Shown: piece after piece, positions 56,478 through 64,000 of the stretch
Layout of the letters: every line of letters starts with the position of its first letter
How positions within the stretch are numbered: the stretch's first letter is position 1
DNA from: Octopus sinensis
Taxonomy: Eukaryota
Direction of reading: 5' to 3'
DNA: 64,000 nucleotides
NCBI RefSeq assembly: GCF_006345805.1
Contig: NC_042998.1
Coordinates: 107,260,001 to 107,324,000, forward strand
Made by a program: the position numbers and the translations under genes
The notes under the pieces: generated by a model
Told to the model about the DNA's origin: nothing
Databases searched by the model: none
The model's input: only the letters and a program-made list of their open reading frames with translations

Positions 56478-56860
56478 TCTTTATATATAAAAGTGAGGTT
56501 GTGTGCTGTCTGTCTCCTGCGATTTAGATTCCTAACTACTCCCACATCTTGCGGTGCAGTTTAACAAAAACCGGGTATCTTATAGTCATGATTCATATCG
56601 AACCCTTCTGGGTATTAGCGCGCGTCTACGATGAGTCTACGATTTTTAAAAAAATTTACCATCAATTTTTCCCATTTTTAATGCATTTTTGGCATATATA
56701 AGGGAAATAACTCTCTAAAAATTTATTATTAAATCTCAGAACGTAAAAAGCTACAGTATGTGGTTAGCCATATTGAGATGGCTATTATACTTTACATCTC
56801 TAAAAATGCTTATATAGTTATTTCCCTTACAAACCCGAGCAACGCCGGGCGATACTGCTA

Positions 56861-56861
<1 letters not shown>
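56478..56861 (+). mobile_element. Non-autonomous Helitron
   Basis: 5' TC, 3' hairpin cccgagcaacgccggg, then CTAG. Inserted between A and T in (TA)n with no TSD. Confidence 0.85.
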
Positions 56862-56925
<64 letters not shown>

Positions 56926-57000
56926 TTATTTATTTATATATATTTATTTATATATATATATATATTTATTTATTTATATATATATATATATATTATATAT

Positions 57001-57026
57001 AAAGTTAAATAGGTATCATTACCATT

Positions 57027-57060
<34 letters not shown>

Positions 57061-57492
57061 TAATAATAATATAATAATAATATAATAACAAAGTGGCTAG
57101 CATGCTTACAACTTTATAAGTAAAATATAAAAAAATTTCAGTAGGGTATTAGAATACCACTTGCTATAAACATCTATCGCTCTAAAACCACAAATTATTC
57201 ACTATTAAACTACACACGGCGAATGAAAAAAAACATAACTGAAATAGGCTTACTTTGTATGAACTACAGAAGTAAGGAATGCGTATATTCCTGGATCAAT
57301 TGATTTCGCTTTCTGTATGAAAAACGTACTTAAGCTCGTCAGCCGGACTTAACGCAGCAACATGTATTTCTGAAATATTCATCACATTACACCATGTGCG
57401 CTCTTACATTTGAATGCCACCGCGACATTCATACAGGAACATAACGTGAGCCAGTATAATATAAAGTTAAATAGGTATCATTACCATTATTG

Positions 57493-57523
<31 letters not shown>

Positions 57524-57553
57524 TAATAATAAAGCGGCTAGCAGGTTTACACC
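57001..57553 (-). mobile_element. HHR-bearing ~460-nt repeat, 1.2 tandem units
   Basis: 'aaagttaaataggtatcattaccattatt(AAT)n aaag(t/c)ggctagca' occurs at 57001 and again at 57463. HHR on minus: CTGACGA gctt...aagc GAAAT caattg ATC (57342 to 57294). Confidence 0.75.
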
Positions 57554-57566
57554 TCTGTAGTTCTGC

Positions 57567-58478
57567 TTATAGCAAGTGGCATTTTAATACTCTACTGAAT
57601 TTTGTTTATATTTTACCAATAGCCACTTTATTATTATCGTTATTATTAATAACTAGCAGTATTGCCCGGCGTTGCTCGGGTTTGTAAGGGAAATAACTAT
57701 ATAAGCATTTTTAGAGAGTTACTTCCCTTATAGATGCCAATTCGGGCTTTCTTAGCCATTTCTGTTTTGGTGTCTTCAAGCCATGAAGTCGTTGTTCTAA
57801 AAGAACGCTGCTCTCCTTGACAACGCTTTACGACGTTGATTTCCTTACACTCCCTTTCCCACAGCTTCACGAGGGAGGGAAGAAGGGGGAGAAGCAAACA
57901 GGTGCAGGTGTGACCATGGACGCCAACTCCGCCGCCATCGACACACGAAAAATTATGCATTAAAATGGAATAAAAAATTATGATAAATTATTTTTAAAGT
58001 CGTAGACTCATCGTAGACGCGCGCTAATACTCAGACGGGCTCGATATGAATCACGACTATAAGATACCCGAATTTGGTTAAACTGCACCGCAAAATGTGG
58101 GAGTAGTTAGGAATCTAAATCGAAGGGGACAGACACTCACACTACTACAGTTTTATATATATAGATAATGATAATGATACCTGTTTAACTTTTGGCTCAC
58201 GTTATGTTCATTTTTTAATGTCTCGGGGACATTCAAATGTAAGAACACACACGATGTAATGCGATGGATATTTCAGAAATAGATGTCGTTGCGTTAAGTC
58301 TGACTGACGAGCTTAAGTATGTTTTTCATACAGAAAGCGAAATCAATTAATCCTGGAATATACGCATTCCTTACTTCTGTAGTTCATACAAGATAAGCCT
58401 ATTTCTGTCATGTTTGTTTTATTCGCCATGTGTATTTTAATAGTGAGTAATTTGTAGTTTTAGAGCGATAGATGTTTA
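57567..58478 (+). mobile_element. Same HHR repeat, one permuted unit, interrupted by a Helitron
   Basis: 57567-57630 is the reverse complement of ~57090-57168, and 58168-58478 of ~57166-57485. HHR: CTGACGA 58304-58310, GAAA 58339-58342, ATC 58350-58352. Confidence 0.75.
57653..58165 (-). mobile_element. Non-autonomous Helitron, same family as 56478-56861
   Basis: Minus: TC start at 58165, hairpin cccgagcaacgccggg, CTAG end at 57653, A|T target. Its middle differs from the first copy. Confidence 0.85.
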
Positions 58479-58574
58479 TTATCTTATTGAATGTTGTGTG
58501 TGTGTATATATATGTGTGCGTGTATGTGTATGTATGTGTGTGTGTGTGTGTGAGTGTGTGTGTGTGCGCGTGTA

Positions 58575-58715
58575 TATAGGAGATAATGGAGTCATTGAGA
58601 CCCAAAGGTGTCAGGTAATGCTGAATAAGTGCTATAGACAGACCATAGTTAAGTTCCAGATTCGGTAATATTGCGAATAAAGGGTTCAACGTTGGTTCTA
58701 TGTCAGCGTGTGTAT
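58575..58715 (+). repeat. Unclassified ~140-bp repeat (second copy at ~62795-62935)
   Basis: 'tgagacccaaaggt(g/a)tcaggtaat(g/a)ctga...catagttaagt...gcgaataa...tcagcgtgtgtata' is present at both loci. Confidence 0.7.
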
Positions 58716-58722
58716 AAAATTA

Positions 58723-58756
<34 letters not shown>

Positions 58757-59844
58757 TCACTGTATCTACCAGAACATTGGATGTCGTTACCCACGCTAGT
58801 CACAATGCGCTTACCCCCATTGTTATATCTTTCGAATAATTCCACCCACTGCCTAGGTGGGCAGGCCAACATTCCCCATGAACGGAACGCCAGTCCGTTG
58901 CAGGGTTACACATTTACGTAAATTAAAGACTAATATGGCCCCCGGAAGCTACGACTGAAAGCATCAACTGAATGCATACACACATATTGTGTGTGCGTTT
59001 GCGTGTGTCTGTGTGTGCATATGCATATGCATCTGTGTGTATACACATATACATAGACCCATATATATGTGAGTCTTCGCTAATATACTTTCTGATATCT
59101 CTCTATATACTTTCCCGTTATTCTTTTTCTTCTTATTCTCTCTTAATTTTTATGTACACACTGCCATTTCAGCGTAGTAATTTTGTAGACGAAACCCTAT
59201 CAGTATTTAGAGTCTGAAAATATTTATGTCGAAATGTCAAAAGACCGTTGCTTAACAACGGTGTGATATTTTGATCGTCTTTGATATAAAACGATTCAGT
59301 GACGATAAAAACGTCTTTTTCTCGTAAATGTTGATTTAATCTATATAGATCCCGGGAAGTTTACTAATCACTGATTAATTAGCGTAAACAAAAGGTGTTT
59401 CGAAAATGGAGATCTCTAACAAAGTTATAAGCTAAGATGGTTATATGTGTGTGTGATTAGATATATGAATATGTATGTTGTTTTAATTTTGATTTAATTT
59501 ACGCTTGAAAGAACATCAAAAATTTCAATCATTCATCATGTTTTTTGTTTGTTTTGGGAGGGTGAGGAATTCTGGAGGTCTGCACTTAGAAATTCTGTGA
59601 ACCAACCAAGTGAGTCATCAGTTTGAATAAATAAATGATCTCTTCAACACATTGAACACGTTTTATATATACGTTCATATATGGATAAGTCAGTGTAGGT
59701 ATGTATATATATGTATGTGCATGCATGCATGTATGTATATATATGTACATGTATGTTTGTTTAGATATAGACATGTATACGTATATATACATATGTATGT
59801 ATATATTATTTTGTGTGTGTGTGTGTGCATATATAATATATACA

Positions 59845-60044
59845 GTTAATCCAAACATGAAAACACAAAGAGAAAACACTACAACGCGAGGACGTGGAAC
59901 AAGTATAGTGTTATTTGACGCTCAGGAAAGGAAAGAAAGAAGCAGGATTTCACGTTTCGAGCGGAGCTCTTCGTCAGAAACATAGGAAAAGGAAAGATCC
60001 AAGACGGAGGAAAAAAACCGCCAACGATACACACGCGGTCACAT
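59845..60044 (-). mobile_element. Short HHR-bearing pLTR-like repeat (copy of 55326-55517)
   Basis: Minus: CTGACGAAGAGCTCCGCTCGAAACGTG. The cleavage triplet here is GUG. Confidence 0.75.
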
Positions 60045-61383
60045 TTTGATATGTATAATATATACATATCTGTATATATTCACCACACACAGACACACGC
60101 ATATTTATTTATAAGCATGTGAGCCTATGTATGTACATGCGCGCGTGTGTTGGGGAATGTGTGTGTGTGTTTCTCCTTGTCTGTCTTTAATGTATGTACA
60201 TAATCTCTATCAGCAACACTGTGACGAAGTAATTTATCGGAAAGTTTTCGATCCAGATGACTTGTAATGGATGGATCCCATAAAATCCTTTGCCAGAAGA
60301 ATGGATATCAATTCAAAAAGTGGTACAGTACTGGATCCATTCGAAACAAAAGTCATTGAGTTTCAAAAGTTATGGCCTTCGTTCAGAAGTACCACTTTAA
60401 GGTTAAGATCACAGAATTATGTCTGCAGTCACAAACCTTGCTGATACAGAATGACATTCTGCTGTTCACCGAATCGTTAGCCTTTAGAGTTAAGGATCTA
60501 AGTCATGTAATATGATACAGAAAGTTCAAGGCACATCTGAAACTACGACCAACTGAAGGTTTTTTTTGTCCAGTAAAACTAATTTAATTAGGTTAGATTT
60601 CAAGAAACCGAACATGTCATTTTCAAACGAGACAGACTACGATGTATCATGTTATCGAGGATCGATAATTTATCATGTTACAGAGAATCGATAATTAATA
60701 ATGAACTCGTCTCTTTTACCCTTTCCAATATTTTCTTTTCTTTTTCTCTCATTGTTATCCTTGTTTTTGAATTCACAAAATGGATGGCCGATAAGCATCC
60801 AGAAGGCAACACGATGGCAACTTATTTGTAATGGACAACCCACGCTTTAGCTAACTAGAATGACGTTATGATAATTATGGCGGAAGAAAAATTTAAAAAC
60901 TGCGAGACAGTAAATTAGAATACTTATTGTATCCGGTCTCACTGTCTAAATCTCTACCTAACTTAGAAAGCAAGTTCATTGAAGTACATTTCTCTAAAAA
61001 CTGAGTACTTTGTCATTTGTTGAAACAAATTACTGGCAAATTACTTTTCAAGCACAAAGTTTGCAAAATAGTCCCCTCATCAGTTCGAACCCATTTTTTC
61101 TTTCTTATAAAGACTATAATCCATTTCTATCTCAATATGTGAGTGCGTGCGCACGCATCTATATTATACATCTATAATTAGCAAACCCGGAATATATATA
61201 TATATATATATACCTGAAGATTTGACATTTCCAATACTGCTAAAATAATACTGATACGATGCATTATTTCGTATATTATTTAATATTCCAGTAATAATTC
61301 TTCTGGTAAAGTGTCGATGAAACAAATGTAGTATTATGCTATAAAACGTATAGCTCACTCCATTCCCTTATATACATGGTGTG

Positions 61384-61442
<59 letters not shown>

Positions 61443-61529
61443 TATATATGTGTGTACATGTGTGCGCGTGTGTGTATATGTATATGTGTGTGTGTGTGCG
61501 TGCGCGCGTGTGTGTGTGTGTGTGTGCGC

Positions 61530-61574
<45 letters not shown>

Positions 61575-61619
61575 CGCGCGTGTGTGTGTGTGTGTGTATA
61601 AACATTCTGAGTATGTACT

Positions 61620-61793
61620 TAGGTGCGTACATGGCTGTATGGGTATGAAGTTCGCCTTGCAACCGCATAGTTTCGGGTTTCACTCCTGCTGTGTGTACCC
61701 TTGGACAAGTAGCTGACCAATACCTCGTTAATTCGGTAGACGTAAATTGTCTGGAAGGCTGTCATGAGAGCGTGTGAGTGTGTGTCTGTGTGT

Positions 61794-61824
<31 letters not shown>

Positions 61825-62030
61825 GGGGGTTTTTGTATTTGTCTTGCACCACTAGACAATCGGTGTCGATTTGTTTACGCCTCTATATCATAGCAGTTCA
61901 GCAAAGAGAGAACGATAGACCAGATTTAAAATAAGTATTGGAATCGATTCAATCGTAAAACGTCTTTGAAAGCAGCTCCCAGCATGTCGTCGGCTAATAA
62001 CTGAAACAAGTAAAAGAATAAAAGAATGTA
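61620..62030 (+). mobile_element. Diverged SINE family B
   Basis: ggtgcgtacatggctgt...ccttggacaagt...actgaaacaagtaaaagaata. Confidence 0.65.
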
Positions 62031-62259
62031 CAAACACGTATAAACATTTTTACATGAGCTGAGCTAAACAAATATTTAATATCTGCATTTCCATAAAATT
62101 CTTATACAAATACACTCACATACACGCGAGCGAATATACTTGTATAATATATTGTATAACGATTACGTAAGCTTGTGTATTAGTTTACTTAAATCTAATA
62201 ACATTTACGAGAGGTCAGTGGTCCATTTCCACACTATAGCATCGTTCTAAAAAATATAT

Positions 62260-62715
62260 CTTTTACTTGTTTCTTACATTGGACTGTGACTATACGGGGG
62301 TACCGCCTTGAAGGAATCGACCCCCATACTTAACTTTTTTAAACTTGGTATTTATTTTTCCCGTCTTCTTCAGCCGAAATGCTGAGTTACAGGGACGTAA
62401 ACAAACCGACACTGGCTGTCAAGTGGTGGAGTGGAGACAAACACACACACACGCATATGTATGTATATCTCTGCGTAGCACCTTGTGCAAGCGTTTTCTA
62501 CCATAGCTCTGAGCCGACCAAAGCCTTGTGAGTGGATTTCATAGATAAAAACTGTGCGTGCGTATATCTATGTGTGTGCGTGCATGCGTGCATGCGTGCA
62601 TGCGTGCGTGCGTGTGCGAGCTATAGTAGAAGACATTTGCCCAAGTTTCCACGCAGTGGTAATCAACCCAGAACTATATGGTTGAGAAACAAACGTCTTA
62701 TCACATAGCCACACA
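62260..62715 (-). mobile_element. Rearranged SINE family B pieces
   Basis: Tail ttttacttgtttc..., gaagacatttgcccaag..., and an internal plus-strand piece at ~62475-62555. Confidence 0.55.
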
Positions 62716-62724
62716 TGTGGCTAT

Positions 62725-62795
<71 letters not shown>

Positions 62796-62937
62796 GGGAG
62801 GTAATAGTGTCAGTGAGACCCAAAGGTATCAGGTAATACTGAGTAAGTGTTATGCATAGATCATAGTTAAGTACCAGGTTCGGTGATTATGCGAATAAGG
62901 GGTCAAACGTAGGTCATATATCAGCGTGTGTATATAA

Positions 62938-63253
62938 AAAAATTTTCCGTAATGAGATAAAAAAAAACAAATGTAGATTTTAGAACATTTATAAATAGAA
63001 GGTCTTACAGCTGTTTCCAGGTTATTTATTATATCCCTTCATCAGAGACAGTGCCCTGCATATCTCACATCTATTTTCATTCCTCCTCCTCACTCTCTAT
63101 TTCGTATCTTATCTAAATTAACTATTGCTTAGCCATCTGCTAACACCGTCTCCGATGAAGGGATATAATAAATATCCTGGAAACAGCAGTAAGACCTTCT
63201 ATTTATAAATGTTCTAAAATCTACACAGCCTTCACTTTTTATCTCATTACGAA

Positions 63254-63258
<5 letters not shown>
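62938..63258. mobile_element. Inverted pair of HHR-bearing pLTR-like units (62938-63053 / 63144-63258) beside (TA)n
   Basis: Minus arm: gtct CTGATGA agggatat-aataa-ataacct g GAAAC agct GTA agac. Plus arm: gtct CCGATGA...GAAAC agca GTA agac. Confidence 0.8.
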
Positions 63259-63296
<38 letters not shown>

Positions 63297-64000
63297 ATGG
63301 ATGTATATAAAGGAAATGGAAAAGAATCGCACTGTATTAAGAATACACGATTTTCATAAATATCTATGTCTGCTGTTGTTTTTGTGGTATTTTCATTAAT
63401 TGTTGTTGTCATCTACAATAAATGTCCATTTTATATTGCAATCGAATTAATTATGCGATACTTTGATTCTTCCTTTAACACCAACACCAGATTCGAGATG
63501 GCAGTAGCGTTTCTCAAGAGTTGCTGTATAGCTGCAATACAACAAACAAAGTAGTTAATTCAACCAGTCGTCGATTATGGATTAAATTTAAGAGTGACAG
63601 CTTAATAAACAACAAAGGACTTGCTTCATCCTGGGATACTCACTACACAGGTTCGTTTTGAAGAAGAAAAAAAACACTCTTCATTTCTTTTTCTTTTTTT
63701 TTTCTTTTTTTTTTTGGCAATCCAAGTTTACGCTTTAATATATTGCTTGCAGAAATGTAAGTTTCGATAGTTGCTTACAACTGGATATGTTTTTCTTTTT
63801 GCTTTACCGTTTCACTTACCATCTCTTCATCCTGTAAATATGGTTCAAAGAAATCAAGTTCGCGATCCTATTTCGATACTAGTTGAAACAGATTTGTGTC
63901 GCTAGCATTGCATGGACGTTTTATTATCTCATTGCTTTTAATTATGAAAAGTGAAGCCTTGTACCTATGAACCTTAGTAAGAAGTTAGTTAATATTCCTT

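Noticed and set aside
59210-59246. ctgaaaa...gaaatgtc hammerhead-like string
   Set aside because: It lacks G8 and has no convincing stems II or III.

Overview
Very AT-rich, microsatellite-laden eukaryotic DNA. The tRNA-derived SINE families and repeat style suggest an octopus/coleoid cephalopod; this is recognition, not a database result. Most ORFs in the track are translations of simple repeats. The only convincing host coding sequence is one GT-AG-bounded exon encoding the N-terminal half of a CUB domain (53412-53596, +). The rest is mobile DNA: about 11 copies or fragments of R4/Dong-like non-LTR retrotransposons with a restriction-like endonuclease (RLE), mostly in (TAA)n tracts, a Penelope-like (PLE) GIY-YIG fragment with an inverted pLTR, a decayed HERO-like element, a mariner remnant, a gypsy gag remnant, two non-autonomous Helitrons, a hAT MITE, a Helentron/DINE-like repeat and many SINEs. 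The most notable unannotated signal is about 14 type I hammerhead-ribozyme (HHR) motifs (CTGANGA-stem II-GAAA-palindromic stem III-NUH) from several unrelated short families, most sitting beside (TA)n. Five loci carry them as back-to-back inverted pairs. One ~460-nt family occurs both as a partial tandem and as a circularly permuted monomer, as expected for a retrozyme-like circular RNA mobilised by a Penelope-type RT. Repeat boundaries are approximate unless a motif is quoted.
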